Positions 31,107 through 43,410 are shown, counted from the stretch's first letter. The stretch: DNA of 64,000 nt from an uncultured Alphaproteobacteria bacterium (GCA_963799085.1 CAWCWA010000013.1:140314-204313); one strand, 5' to 3'. Notes: generated by a model from the letters alone, not told the origin. A program made the numbers and translations.

Positions 31107-32894
31107 TCATTTTTTGGTCGAAGGGCCGGAGAGCGCCGGGACGGCGGCGCCGCTGTTGTTCAGCAATGCCCCGATAATCGCCGCGGCGCTGTCGAGCCCG
31201 GCGCCCTGGCCGCCCGTCGACACCACCGTCTGCGGCACAAGCTTGCCGATCAGCGCGACGATCTCGGGCTTCTCCTGGATCGTCTTCAGGAATTGCTGCA
31301 CGAGATTGATCGTCAATACCCGGTCCTGGCCCAGCACGTCGGCCTGCGCCTTCTGCCCTTGTGCGATCTCCTCGAGTTCGAGCTTCTGCCCTTCGCCGCG
31401 CAATTTGGCGGCGTTCTTGTTCTGCTCGGCGACCTGGACGCCGATCAGCGCCTCGACCAACTGATGTTGCTGCTCGGCGGTGGCGCGCGCCTTTTCAGTC
31501 TCGATGCGCTGCGTCTGCGCCTTCTGCTCCTGCTGGTAGGTGACCTGCAACTGATCGGCCAATTGCTGGCGCAGCCGCGACACAAGCAATTCCGGCGGCA
31601 ATGCCGGGTCGCCAAATTTGACCTCCTTAATGACGATGCCCGCGCGCAGCCCCTCGGGCCGGATCGCATCCTCGACCGCGTGTTCGAGTGCGGCCCGGTT
31701 GTCGGCGAGATCCAACACATGCCGGCCCTGCGCGCCGACGACGTTGCGCACGATCGATCGGATCGTCGGGACCATGATGTTGTTTTCGATTTCCGGCAAT
31801 CCGCCGACCGAGGCCACGACAAAGGGCGCATTGTCAGGGGTGACCTGGGCCAGAACCCTGAGTTCGAGCGGCACCAGCCAGCCCTCGACAAAGGGTGCGA
31901 TCGCCGGGTCCGCCGAGCCCGGCGGCACCGGGATATCCTGCGAGCGCTGCGTCTGCGTGAGATTGCCGGCCTGATCGAGGCTCAGATCGATGTACCGTTT
32001 CTTGTACCCGCCTTTGAATTCCCAGGTCTGCACCCGGGTGCTCATCATCGTAATCTTATAGGCCGCCTCATTGACGTAATAGCGGCCGGGTTGCAGCGCT
32101 TTTTCCCACACGCCGATGCAACCGACCGGGACGAGGATCGCGGTGAGCTTGCCCTTATCCGATTTCGCTTCTTCGGCGGCGACCGCCTCGCCGCTGGAAT
32201 TCGTCGACACGGTCTTTTGATAGCAGGAGGTCGGCTTATCGACGATCAGATTGCCGAAATGCACGGAATCGATGACGTTCGACTTTACGACGCCGACAAA
32301 GCCTTCGGCGATATCGACAGCGTCGTGGATGCTGACATCCCAGAGATAGCTGTTGAGCCGATAGGTGCCCGGTGTCAGGATCGTCGTCTGCGGCCCGCGC
32401 TGGCCGCCATGTGTCAGGAAATATTGCGCGTCGAGCATATCGAGTTCGTGCTCGGCGGCGAAAGCGTCGGCGAGAAATTGGTCCGAGCGCAACGGCGCGC
32501 CGTCCTTGGCGCTCAAGAACCCGTATTTGCCCGACGGGATCGAGACCGCCTTCTTGTTCTCGACCTGATAGATGACGTTGACGAGAAACCACGGATGCCA
32601 GCCCGGCGCCAGGATCTCCGCCTGCGGACCTTTTTCACCGTGGGTGGCGATGATGTGTTCGCCGGGCAGCGAGGTCGTGCCGTAAATCTTGTTGAGGACG
32701 GCGATTTCGTCGGCGTCGACATGGACGTAGGAGGTCGCCGCCAGGCAAACGAGCCCGATCACGACGAAAAGCGCCCTCAGCGACCAGGCAAGCGCCGCGA
32801 AATCAGGCCGGGCACGGTTGACGAAGAGGCCGAGGATCGCCGGCGCTACGACCGCCAGTATCAAATAAAGGACCGCAACGACCACCCAGAACAT
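31107..32894 (-). CDS. SPFH/band-7 flotillin-like protein (YqiK/FloT family).
   Basis: 595 aa; N-terminal TM helix, SPFH domain, long Glu/Gln/Ala-rich coiled coil. Confidence 0.7.
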   Translation of the reverse strand: MFWVVVAVLYLILAVVAPAILGLFVNRARPDFAALAWSLRALFVVIGLVCLAATSYVHVDADEIAVLNKIYGTTSLPGEHIIATHGEKGPQAEILAPGWHPWFLVNVIYQVENKKAVSIPSGKYGFLSAKDGAPLRSDQFLADAFAAEHELDMLDAQYFLTHGGQRGPQTTILTPGTYRLNSYLWDVSIHDAVDIAEGFVGVVKSNVIDSVHFGNLIVDKPTSCYQKTVSTNSSGEAVAAEEAKSDKGKLTAILVPVGCIGVWEKALQPGRYYVNEAAYKITMMSTRVQTWEFKGGYKKRYIDLSLDQAGNLTQTQRSQDIPVPPGSADPAIAPFVEGWLVPLELRVLAQVTPDNAPFVVASVGGLPEIENNIMVPTIRSIVRNVVGAQGRHVLDLADNRAALEHAVEDAIRPEGLRAGIVIKEVKFGDPALPPELLVSRLRQQLADQLQVTYQQEQKAQTQRIETEKARATAEQQHQLVEALIGVQVAEQNKNAAKLRGEGQKLELEEIAQGQKAQADVLGQDRVLTINLVQQFLKTIQEKPEIVALIGKLVPQTVVSTGGQGAGLDSAAAIIGALLNNSGAAVPALSGPSTKK

Positions 32895-32927
32895 CGGGAC
32901 CTCCCAGCGCGAAACCGCGCCGCCCTG

Positions 32928-33721
32928 CTACGTCACGATCAGTTCCGCATTCCCCAGGCCCGAAACCTCGACCAGCAACCGATCGCCCGGCGCCGGAAAC
33001 TGGATCGGCACCATGCTGCCGGTCATCACGATCATGCCGCGCCGCAGCGGGGTCCCTTGCTCGGCCAGCTTGTCGGCCAGCCAGGCGAGCGCGTTCAGCG
33101 GGTCGCCCATCACGTCGCCGCCCTTGCCGCGGCCGATCTCGCGGCCATTGATCGCGAGCCGGGCGGTCGCATCGGCGAGGTCGAGTCGGCGCCATTCCGT
33201 GACCGGCGTCCCGACGACGACCCCGGCATTCCATACATTGCCGGCGACCATCGCCGCCGCGTCGAGCCGCTTGTAGTCGTGGCGCAGATCGTCGAGCAGT
33301 TCGATCGCCGCCATGCAGCCCTCGATCGCGGCCCGCAGCCGTTCGCGGTCGCGCCATTCGGCAGATCCTCGCCCAGCTGCATCGCGATTTCGGTCTCGAC
33401 CCCCAGCCGACAGTAATCGCCGGCGGCGAGCCTCGCCGACCCGCGATGGACTTCGGATGCGAAGATCGCCCCGTAGCAGGGTTCGGCGACGCCGCAGAGC
33501 TTCTGCATGACCGGGGTCGTCAAGCCGATCTTGTAGCCGGCGACCGCGCCCCGGCCGCTCTTCTCCTCGATCTCCTGGAACAACCGCCGGATGCGATAGG
33601 CCTCGTCGAGATCGGCCGGCCGCAATTCCGCCGGCAACATGTCGACCGCGCGCCGCTCGCGCCACAGCGCCACGGTTTTCTCGGCCTTCTGCCGCGCATC
33701 GAGCATCGGATCGTCTCCCAC
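32928..33721 (-). CDS. 2-keto-4-pentenoate hydratase / 2-oxohepta-3-ene-1,7-dioate hydratase family (MhpD/HpaH-like), frame break near 33365.
   Basis: N-half (AGYKIGLTTPVMQ...CRLGVETEIAMQLG) and C-half (LRAAIEGCMAAIELLDD...MIVMTGSMV) sit in different frames. Confidence 0.55.
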
Positions 33722-33846
33722 CGCGCCGTCGCGCCAGATTAGCCAAGCTACGCCATCGCCTCGCCAGCCGCCAGTAATAGCGCCGCCGCCCTGCTTCGCG
33801 GCGGCGGCTTGACGCGATCCTGCCGCGGCGAAATATAAGAGCGCAC

Positions 33847-34467
33847 ATGGAAAACCTCGTTCAGCCCACCTTGGCGTTCATCTCGGCGCATTCGGGCTGG
33901 GCGGGGGTCGTCATGTTCGTCACCGCCTTCGGCGAGTTGTTCGCTTTTGTCAGCCTGCTGTTTCCCGGCACCACCCTGCTGATCGCCGCCGGAACACTGC
34001 GGGCGACCGGGACACTGCCGCTGTGGCCGGTGCTCGTCGGTGCCGTTCTGGGCGCTGTCCTCGGCGACACGGTCTCGTATTGGATCGGGCGCCGGCTCGG
34101 CTCCCGCGTCGCCCGGCTCTGGCCGTTTTCCCGCAATCCCGACCTCCTTGAAAACGGTGTGCGGTTTTTTGCCCGGCATGGCGGCAAGAGCGTCTTCATT
34201 GGCCGCTTCTTCGGGCCGGTGCGCGCCGTGATCCCGCTCGTCGCCGGCATCATGCAGATGCCGCGCGACCGCTTCTGGGTCGCCAATGTCGTCTCGGCGT
34301 TCGTCTGGGCGCCGATGCTGCTCTTCGTCGGCGACGCGATCGGCAATGCCGGCACACGGCTGATCGGCTCGGCCAACACGGCGGTTCTGGTTTTCGCCGG
34401 CCTGACCTTGTTCGGCCTCGCCGCAGTGGTGTGGGCGTTGGTGAAGACGGCGCGAACGCGGCCTTGA
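33847..34467 (+). CDS. DedA-family membrane protein.
   Basis: 206 aa; DedA/SNARE-associated motifs (FGELFAFVSLLFPGTT, GRFFGPVRAVIPLVAG). Confidence 0.7.
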   Translation: MENLVQPTLAFISAHSGWAGVVMFVTAFGELFAFVSLLFPGTTLLIAAGTLRATGTLPLWPVLVGAVLGAVLGDTVSYWIGRRLGSRVARLWPFSRNPDLLENGVRFFARHGGKSVFIGRFFGPVRAVIPLVAGIMQMPRDRFWVANVVSAFVWAPMLLFVGDAIGNAGTRLIGSANTAVLVFAGLTLFGLAAVVWALVKTARTRP

Positions 34468-34476
34468 GGATCGCCG

Positions 34477-36522
34477 ATGTCCTCGTTCTTTTCGCCCTAC
34501 CGCCACCAGTTCCTCCGGGTCGGCGCCTGCGTCCCCCAGGTCGCGACCGGGGAGCCGCGGCGCAACGCCGACAACGTTCTGGAACTACTCGGCAGGGGCG
34601 ACGCCGACCGCATCGGGCTGATGGTGTTTCCCGAACTCTGTCTTTCGGCCTATGCGATCGACGACCTTTTGTTCCAGGAAGCCGTCCTCGCCGCTGTCGA
34701 GCGCGAGGCGGGGCGGCTGATCGAGGCGAGCCGCGGCCTCTTTTCGGCCTTCGCCGTCGGCGCGCCGTTACGCCACCGCGGCCATCTCTACAATTGCGCG
34801 CTTATCATCCAGCGCGGGCGGCTCTTGGGCGTGGTGCCCAAGACCTACCTGCCGAACTACCGCGAATTCTACGAGCGGCGCCACTTCACCTCGGGCGAGG
34901 GCGTGGGCGGGCAGACGATGGCGCTCGCCGGCCACGAGGCGCCGTTCGGGACCGATCTCCTGTTTTCCGCCGGCGGCCCGGCAGGCTTCACGTTTCACGT
35001 CGAGATCTGCGAGGATCTGTGGGTGCCGCAGCCGCCCAGCACTGCCGCAGCCCTCGCCGGCGCCGAAATCCTGCTCAACCTCTCGGCCAGCAACATCACG
35101 ATCGGCAAGGCGCAGATGCGGCGGCTGCTCTGCGCCTCGCAATCCTCGCGCTGCATCGCCGCCTACGCCTATTCGGCCGCCGGTGCCGGCGAGTCGACGA
35201 CCGATCTCGCCTGGGACGGGCAGGCCGGCGTCTTCGAACTGGGCGACGGGCTCGCCGAGACCGAGCGATTTTCGGCAAAACCGGAAATGGCGGTCGCCGA
35301 TGTCGATCTCGCCCGCATCCGGCAGGAGCGGATGCGCACCAACACCTTCGGCGATTGCGTGCTGCGCGGCGGGCGCGCGGCGCTTTCCGCACCGTCGATT
35401 TCGCCTTCGCACCGGCCCGAGGAGCCGCTCGCGCTCGACCGCACCGTCGAGCGCTTTCCCTATGTGCCGGCCGATCCGGCGATGCTGCGCGAGAATTGCT
35501 ACGAGGCCTACAACATCCAGGTCCAGGGGCTCGCCCGCCGGCTCGAAGCGACCGGGCTCAGGAAGCTGGTGATCGGCGTCTCGGGCGGGCTCGATTCGAC
35601 GCAGGCGCTGATCGTCTCGGCGCGGGTCATGGACCGGCTGAAGCAGCCCCGCACCGACGTGCTGGCCTATACGCTGCCGGGTTTCGCCACCAGCGATCAC
35701 ACCCGGAAGAACGCCTGGCGGCTGATGCGCGCGCTCGGCGTTACCGGGGCCGAGATCGACATCCGGCCGGCCGCCCGTCAGATGCTGCAGGATATCGGCC
35801 ATGGTGCGGCTGCCGGCGAAGCGCAGTACGACGTGACCTTCGAGAATGTCCAGGCCGGGCTTCGCACCGACTATCTGTTCCGGCTGGCCAACCATCACGG
35901 CGGGATCGTCGTCGGCACCGGCGATCTCTCGGAGCTGGGGCTCGGCTGGTGCACCTACGGGGTCGGCGACCAGATGTCGCACTACAACCCCAACGCCTCG
36001 GTCTCGAAGACCTTGATCCAGCACCTGATCCGGTTCGTCGCGGGCTCGGGCGACGTGGACGAGAAGACCGCGCGCATCCTGCACGACATCCTGGCGACCG
36101 AGATTTCGCCCGAACTCGTGCCGCCCGGCGCCGACGGCCTTATTCAATCGACCGAGGGCATCGTCGGCCCCTACGCACTGCAGGATTTCAACCTCTTCTA
36201 TGCCAGCCGCTACGGCTTCGGCCCGTCGCGCATCGCCTATCTGTCGTGGAACGCCTGGCGCGACGTCGAGCGGGGCTCGTGGCCGGCGAACACGCCCGCG
36301 GCGGCGCGGCGCGCCTACCCGTTGGCCGAGATCAAGCATTGGCTCCGGGTGTTCCTGCTGCGCTTCTTCCAATTGAGCCAGTTCAAGCGCTCGGCACTCC
36401 CGAACGGCCCGAAAATCTCGTCCGGCGGCTCGCTGTCGCCGCGCGGCGACTGGCGCGCCCCCAGCGATGCGACCGCCGCCGTCTGGCTCGAAGACCTCGA
36501 ACAGAACGTCCCCGAGAAGTAA
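34477..36522 (+). CDS. nadE: Glutamine-dependent NAD+ synthetase (nitrilase domain plus NadE domain).
   Basis: 681 aa; CN-hydrolase domain ([17 protein letters not shown]) and PP-loop GVSGGLDST. Confidence 0.85.
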   Translation: MSSFFSPYRHQFLRVGACVPQVATGEPRRNADNVLELLGRGDADRIGLMVFPELCLSAYAIDDLLFQEAVLAAVEREAGRLIEASRGLFSAFAVGAPLRHRGHLYNCALIIQRGRLLGVVPKTYLPNYREFYERRHFTSGEGVGGQTMALAGHEAPFGTDLLFSAGGPAGFTFHVEICEDLWVPQPPSTAAALAGAEILLNLSASNITIGKAQMRRLLCASQSSRCIAAYAYSAAGAGESTTDLAWDGQAGVFELGDGLAETERFSAKPEMAVADVDLARIRQERMRTNTFGDCVLRGGRAALSAPSISPSHRPEEPLALDRTVERFPYVPADPAMLRENCYEAYNIQVQGLARRLEATGLRKLVIGVSGGLDSTQALIVSARVMDRLKQPRTDVLAYTLPGFATSDHTRKNAWRLMRALGVTGAEIDIRPAARQMLQDIGHGAAAGEAQYDVTFENVQAGLRTDYLFRLANHHGGIVVGTGDLSELGLGWCTYGVGDQMSHYNPNASVSKTLIQHLIRFVAGSGDVDEKTARILHDILATEISPELVPPGADGLIQSTEGIVGPYALQDFNLFYASRYGFGPSRIAYLSWNAWRDVERGSWPANTPAAARRAYPLAEIKHWLRVFLLRFFQLSQFKRSALPNGPKISSGGSLSPRGDWRAPSDATAAVWLEDLEQNVPEK

Positions 36523-36583
36523 CGTAGATTGCCCATGAGGGCTCCGCCGCGCCCGATGCGGCCATTGGAGGAACTCGAGCCGA

Positions 36584-37429
36584 TGGACCACGATTCCGGC
36601 GATATCGACGCTTATTTCGCGCGCATCGGCTACGCCGGCCCGCGCGAGCCCACGCTCGCGGTCTTGCAGGCGATTGTCGCCGGCCATACTTTCGACGATC
36701 CCGTTTGAGAATCTGGATGTCGTCGCAAAGCGGCCGATCCGGCTCGACCTGCCGGCGCTCCACGAAAAGCTCGTGCATCACACCCGCGGCGGCTATTGCT
36801 ATGAGCACAATTTGCTGTTGCTCGACGTGCTGCAAAGGCTGGGCTTTCAGGTCAAGGGTTTGGCGGCGCGGGTGCATGGAAGCCGGCCTCCGGGGATCCT
36901 CCCGCCGCGAAGCCACATGCTGCTGCAGGTCGATCTGGCCGAGGGACCCCATATCGTCGATGTCGGGTTCGGCACGGCGCTGACCGCCCCTTTGGTCTTG
37001 GTTGCCGAGCGCGAGCAGCCGACGCCGCACGGCGTTTTTCGGCTTGTGCAGGCCGACGGGGAATTTGACCTGCAGGTCAGGAAAGCCGAGGCCTGGACCG
37101 ACCTTTACCGCTTCTCGCTCCAGGCGCAAATGCCGATCGATTACGAGGCTTTGAACTGGTACACCTCGACCTATCCGGATTCCGTTTTCGTGCGCAACTT
37201 GATCGCCGCCCGGCCGGCGCCGCAAAATCGCCTCACGCTGTTCAACGACAAGTTCACGGTCCGTCACGCGGACGGCAGAACCGAGAGGCGCATTCTGCGC
37301 GGCGCCGACGAATTCGGCGAGGTTCTCGCCATCCGCTTCGGCATTGCCCCGACTGATCCTGACGACCTGGAGATGGCCGCGGCTGTTGCGGCCGAGCGGG
37401 CGGCGCATCCGGATTTCTTCGAGCGCTGA
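36584..37429 (+). CDS. Arylamine N-acetyltransferase, frame break near 36695.
   Basis: N-terminus MDHDSGDIDAYFARIGYAGPREPTLAVLQAIVAGH in one frame; ...TIPFENLDVV...RGGYCYEHN... (Cys-His-Asp NAT core) in another. Confidence 0.6.
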   Translation, partial: WTTIPAISTLISRASATPARASPRSRSCRRLSPAILSTIPFENLDVVAKRPIRLDLPALHEKLVHHTRGGYCYEHNLLLLDVLQRLGFQVKGLAARVHGSRPPGILPPRSHMLLQVDLAEGPHIVDVGFGTALTAPLVLVAEREQPTPHGVFRLVQADGEFDLQVRKAEAWTDLYRFSLQAQMPIDYEALNWYTSTYPDSVFVRNLIAARPAPQNRLTLFNDKFTVRHADGRTERRILRGADEFGEVLAIRFGIAPTDPDDLEMAAAVAAERAAHPDFFER

Positions 37430-37457
37430 ACACCGCAAAATCCTGAGGGAGGAAGCG

Positions 37458-38252
37458 ATGAACCGGCTCGAAGGCAAGGCGGCGTTGATAACGGGGGCCG
37501 CGCGCGGGATCGGGGCGGCGACGGCGCGGCTGATGACCGAGGCCGGCGCCTGGGTCGCGCTCGCCGACGTGCTCGACGAACGCGGCCGGGAAACGGCGGC
37601 CGATATCGGCGGTGGCGCATTCTATACCCGCCTCGACGTCACCAGCGAAAGCGACTGGCACGCCGCCCTGGCGGCGGTCACGGACCGGTTCGGCGGGCTC
37701 GACATCCTTGTCAATAATGCCGGGATCTTTCTCGGGAAGAGCCTCGAAGAGGCCTCGCTCGCGGATTGGCAGCGGATTTGCGCAGTCAATCTGACCGGCG
37801 TCTTTCTCGGGACCAAGCTCGCCCTGCCGGCATTGCGCGACAGCGCCGCCAGGAGCGCGCACGGCAGCGCCATCGTCAACCTCTCCTCGACCGCGGGCCT
37901 CGTCGGCTCATCGGGCGATCCGCTCTATTCGATGACGAAGGGCGGCGTCGCGCTCTTCACCAAATCGGCCGCCCTCGAATTCGCCCGCAAGGGCTACCGC
38001 ATCCGGGTCAACTCGATCCATCCCGGCACGACCGAGAGCGATATGGGCGACCAGGTCATCGCGATGCGGGCGAGGAACCTCGGCGCCAACGATCTCGACG
38101 CCGCCCGGCGCGAGGCCCTGGCGCGGCTGCCGATCGGCCGGATGGGGACGGCCCTCGACATCGCGCACGGCATTGTCTTTCTGGCCTCCGACGACGCCGC
38201 TTTCATGACCGGCGCGGGGCTCGTCATCGACGGCGGCATCACCGCGCAATAA
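37458..38252 (+). CDS. SDR-family oxidoreductase.
   Basis: TGAARGIG Rossmann motif, NNAG, catalytic YxxxK (YSMTK); GAGGGAGG RBS upstream. Confidence 0.8.
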   Translation: MNRLEGKAALITGAARGIGAATARLMTEAGAWVALADVLDERGRETAADIGGGAFYTRLDVTSESDWHAALAAVTDRFGGLDILVNNAGIFLGKSLEEASLADWQRICAVNLTGVFLGTKLALPALRDSAARSAHGSAIVNLSSTAGLVGSSGDPLYSMTKGGVALFTKSAALEFARKGYRIRVNSIHPGTTESDMGDQVIAMRARNLGANDLDAARREALARLPIGRMGTALDIAHGIVFLASDDAAFMTGAGLVIDGGITAQ

Positions 38253-38307
38253 TCGCCCGCCCCGAAACCGGCGTTGTCAAGGGAAAAGCCGCCGGTATCG
38301 TAGTTAA

Positions 38308-38341
38308 ATTAACCATCAATGCTGCGCGATTAACCATCAAT
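38308..38341. promoter_or_regulatory. Two perfect 13-bp direct repeats ATTAACCATCAAT, 21 bp centre to centre, about 80 bp upstream of the small ORF and PEP-CTERM gene pair.
   Basis: Seen directly at 38308-38320 and 38329-38341; AT-rich island in otherwise GC-rich DNA. Confidence 0.4.
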
Positions 38342-38419
38342 TTTGGCAGTGATTTCGGCTTTCTCTCTTAGAGTCGGCGCCGACACAGACGGCCGATCGC
38401 CCCAGGGGGAGATGGAATC

Positions 38420-38635
38420 ATGTCGCAAAGCGAATACGAGGCGGCCATCGCGGAATTCATCCGCACCAAGGGCATTACCCGCTGCCCGACGGTGTGCGCT
38501 GTGCGCACCCAGGGCTCGGTCAGCGCCGCCGACCGCGAAGCGCTGCAACGTCGCGCCGCCGAGATCGAGGATCTGAAAACGCGGCGACGTCGGTACGACC
38601 CGCTTGCCGCTTACAAGGGAAACATTCGGGTATGA
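38420..38635 (+). CDS. Small hypothetical protein (71 aa) translationally coupled to the PEP-CTERM gene.
   Basis: GGGGGAGATGG RBS; ATGA stop/start overlap at 38632-38635. Confidence 0.35.
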   Translation: MSQSEYEAAIAEFIRTKGITRCPTVCAVRTQGSVSAADREALQRRAAEIEDLKTRRRRYDPLAAYKGNIRV

Positions 38636-39342
38636 ACAAGAAGCACCTGCTCGGCGGCGCCGCCTTGGCCGCTCTTGTCGCGCTCGCCGCCGGCCGCGCC
38701 GACGCTGCCGCGCTCACTTACGATCTCACCTGCATCATCAGTAGCAGTCTGAGCTGCGGGCAGCCGAGCTACGGCACCGTCACCTTTGCCGACGATGCGA
38801 CACACCCGCAGAAGGTCGATGTCACGATCGATCTAATCGGCAACCAGGAAAAAGTACAGTCATTCTACTTCAATTATAACGACGCCATTTTTGGAAACTC
38901 GACATCGTTTGTCTTTTCCGGCGACGTAACGACTTATTCGATTAACGAAAATCAGCAAAAAGCCGATGGCTATTCCGCCGGCAAGTTCGATATTCAAACA
39001 CCCAACCACGGCAATATCGGCACCGAACCCATTTCATTTATTATTGGCCGGGGGATGGATCTCGATCCAGACGATTTCGAGTTCCGCGACACCAGCAACA
39101 AGCTCTACAACGCCGTGCATATCGGCAATTGCGACGTCGGCGCCTGCTCGCATGAGCACGACAGCATTTGGGTCGGCGCGCCCGAGGCGCATGCGCTGGT
39201 CGTCGAAGCTCGCGTTGTTCCGGCGCCGGAGCCCGCAGGTCTGGGTCTGCTCGCAACCGGGCTGCTCGGCATGGTCTTCGCCATTCGGCAACGAACGATC
39301 GGTTTCCAGGTTCGACGCCGCGCCGCGGGCATCGCGCGCTGA
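38632..39342 (+). CDS. PEP-CTERM-domain secreted protein.
   Basis: Signal peptide; C-terminal VPAPEPAGLGLLATGLLGMVFAIRQR (PEP motif, TM helix, basic tail); the central part is low-GC. Confidence 0.6.
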   Translation: MNKKHLLGGAALAALVALAAGRADAAALTYDLTCIISSSLSCGQPSYGTVTFADDATHPQKVDVTIDLIGNQEKVQSFYFNYNDAIFGNSTSFVFSGDVTTYSINENQQKADGYSAGKFDIQTPNHGNIGTEPISFIIGRGMDLDPDDFEFRDTSNKLYNAVHIGNCDVGACSHEHDSIWVGAPEAHALVVEARVVPAPEPAGLGLLATGLLGMVFAIRQRTIGFQVRRRAAGIAR

Positions 39343-39469
39343 TACGGTCCGGCTGAACTCAAATCGGCCGGCGGGCAGTGCAGCGCGAGAATAAAGGGCG
39401 GCCCAGACCGCTCGACCGGATCGTGCAACAGGACGGAAGTTACGCCTTCTGGACGGAAACCGGGCTGCG

Positions 39470-39492
39470 CCTAGCCGCGGTAAAAAATATAA
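39470..39492. other. Abrupt composition and origin junction (bacterial high-GC to mitochondrial AT-rich); a SacII site (CCGCGG) lies exactly at the boundary.
   Basis: ...GGGCTGCGCCTAGCCGCGG|TAAAAAATATAATAAACACC...; nad1 coding sequence stops at the boundary. Confidence 0.7.
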
Positions 39493-40066
39493 TAAACACC
39501 GGAAACAAAGGCATTAAAAATCAAACAGCTTTCTGATATTCTATGTTCACAGTTAAATTTAAACTACTTGTTAACAATACAACTAATAAAATAGCTGAAC
39601 TTAAAATTAATTCATAACTAATTAATTGAGCAGTACTTCTCAATGACCCTAAAAAAGCATACTTAGAATTAGCTGATCATCCTGCCAGTAAAATACCATA
39701 TGTAGATAACGAAGATACTGCCAATAAATACAATATTCCTAAATTAAAATCAAATATAGTCAATCCTGGAGCATAAGGTATAACACCATATCCTAGTAAT
39801 GAGAACATTAAAGTTATTATAGGCCCCAAAAAGAACAAAATAAGATTTGCTTGTGTAGGCGAAACATATTCTTTTAATAAAAGTTTGAAAGCATCGGCAA
39901 ATGCTTGTAAAAGACCATAATAACCTACTATATTAGGTCCCAGTCTTCTTTGCATACTTGCCATTGTTTTTCTTTCTGCTACCGTTACATAAGCTACTGC
40001 TAACACTACAGGAATAGATAATAAAATAACTTCAATAATAGAAACAAATGTTGATAAATAAATCAT
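39481..40066 (-). CDS. nad1: NADH dehydrogenase subunit 1, 5' part only (about 195 codons); truncated by the junction.
   Basis: MIYLSTFVSIIEVIL...QRRLGPNIVGYYGLLQ...W(TGA)SNSKYAFLGSLRSTAQLISYE... continues to ...PVFIIFF then runs into GC-rich DNA. Confidence 0.85.
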
Positions 40067-40628
40067 TGTATGTATAATATATATGATAAATTATATTCAC
40101 GCATTTTTTTCTGATTTATTAAAATAAAATATATTGTGTAAACATAAATTAAAAATAGTTATATATTTAACAAAAAAAATCCTTTATTATTTATATAATT
40201 AATAACTATATAATACTAATAAAAAAATATTTAAATAAAAAAAATACCTAAATCAAAAAAATATATACATATACTTTTTTTATATACTTATGCTTACGTG
40301 TTTTTTATAGTATACTTTTATACAGATAATATAAAGGCACCATTAACCTGATTCTAGTTATATAATATTATACTAATATTAATGCTTAAAATATACTTTA
40401 CTGTTCAATATGTATAATAAGATCTGATTCTTATACATAATATTTTCTGTTACGCTAATATGAATTTCTATTCTTATTATATTTGATTAAGCTTCAGATT
40501 TTCCTTTTATGTGTATATATGTACCTTTATATAAAACTTTATGTTTAATTAAAAATTAAAACATAAAATAAATTATTCTATCAGAAAATTATGATTTATA
40601 CATTTATACAAAAAACATATTAGATCAT

Positions 40629-41386
40629 TTAATGTAAGTCAAGAGCATCTTTTATGTAACTACAAGATAATACTACAAAAACTTGAGCTTGAATAAATGC
40701 TATAGCTAACTCTAAACCAGAAAACGCTATTATAAAAGCTAGAGGTAAAAAAGCTACAAAGAAATAAACAAATCCCGAATTCATTATATTATAAGTAAAT
40801 CCACTCAAAATATTCAATAACATATGTCCTGATAAAATATTGGCTGCTAATCTTAAACCTAATGAAACATTTCTTGCTAAATACGATATGAATTCAATTA
40901 TAACTAATAATGGAAGTAAAGCTAGTGGACATCCTGCTGGTACAAATAATGAAAAAAATTTATTCCATGTTCCTTAAAACCTAATATTGTTGCACCTAAT
41001 ACTACAGTAAAACTTAATGCAAATGTTAAAACAAAATGACTTGTAGAAGCAAAACTATAAGGTACCATACCAATTAAATTATTAATCAAAATAAACAAAA
41101 AATAAACCATAAATAAATGGAAAATAAAATTGTCCTTTTTTATCGTTAATTTGATTTACCACTATACTATGAATAGTAGCATATATACACTCTTGACTGA
41201 TAGATCAATTATTAGGTACCAATCTATTTAAGTTGTTACTAAACAAGTTAAAATTTAATAAAATAAAAAAACTAACTATCAAATAAAAAGATATATTTGT
41301 TAATGAAATATGCATATCTGCGAGTATAGGCGCACCTATACCTATTAAATCTCTAATTTCAAATCATCCGAATTCTTTGTTATTAA
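40629..41386 (-). CDS. atp6: ATP synthase F0 subunit a.
   Basis: ...FEIRDLIGI..., KGQFYFPFIMVYFLFILINNLIGMVPYSF, C-terminus LAIAFIQAQVFVVLSCSYIKDALDLH; TGA=Trp inside; no in-frame ATG upstream of the conserved N-terminal motif, so the start is uncertain. Confidence 0.75.
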
Positions 41387-41511
41387 ATTAAAAGTCATTC
41401 TTTTTTACAAAAATATTAAATATCTAGATATATTAAAATTAAAAGTAAACATATATATAAATTAACATACATATATATGTTAACATAATTTTAAATAAAG
41501 TTACTCCCATA

Positions 41512-41585
41512 TAAGACTCAAACTTATATCCAAATATTAGAAGTATTCTGCTCTACCTATTAAGCTAATGGGAATATTAGTAAAA
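41512..41585 (-). tRNA. tRNA, anticodon loop reads UCU (Arg), tentative.
   Basis: T-arm ATAAG/TTTGAGT/CTTAT and anticodon arm GAATA/CTTCTAA/TATTT read from the reverse complement. Confidence 0.35.
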
Positions 41586-41889
41586 AAAAATAATTTAATG
41601 AATTAACATATTAAATAAATTGGATACATTAATTCATTATTTATTAAACTATCCATATATTATCATGTCTAATAAAAATTTATCTGTATTAAAATAACAA
41701 TAATAATATTACTATCACTATTCTATTTTATTACATATATTAAATATAAAGATAAACTGGATGTTAAAGGTAAAGACACAAATGCGTGTGATTTAGGTGG
41801 ACTATTTAAACATCATTCGAAACTATTGTAAATTCTACTGAAATAATCTTAAAGAGTCAAAAAAGAATGTGGTACAAATCAAGGATATC

Positions 41890-43410
<1,521 letters not shown>

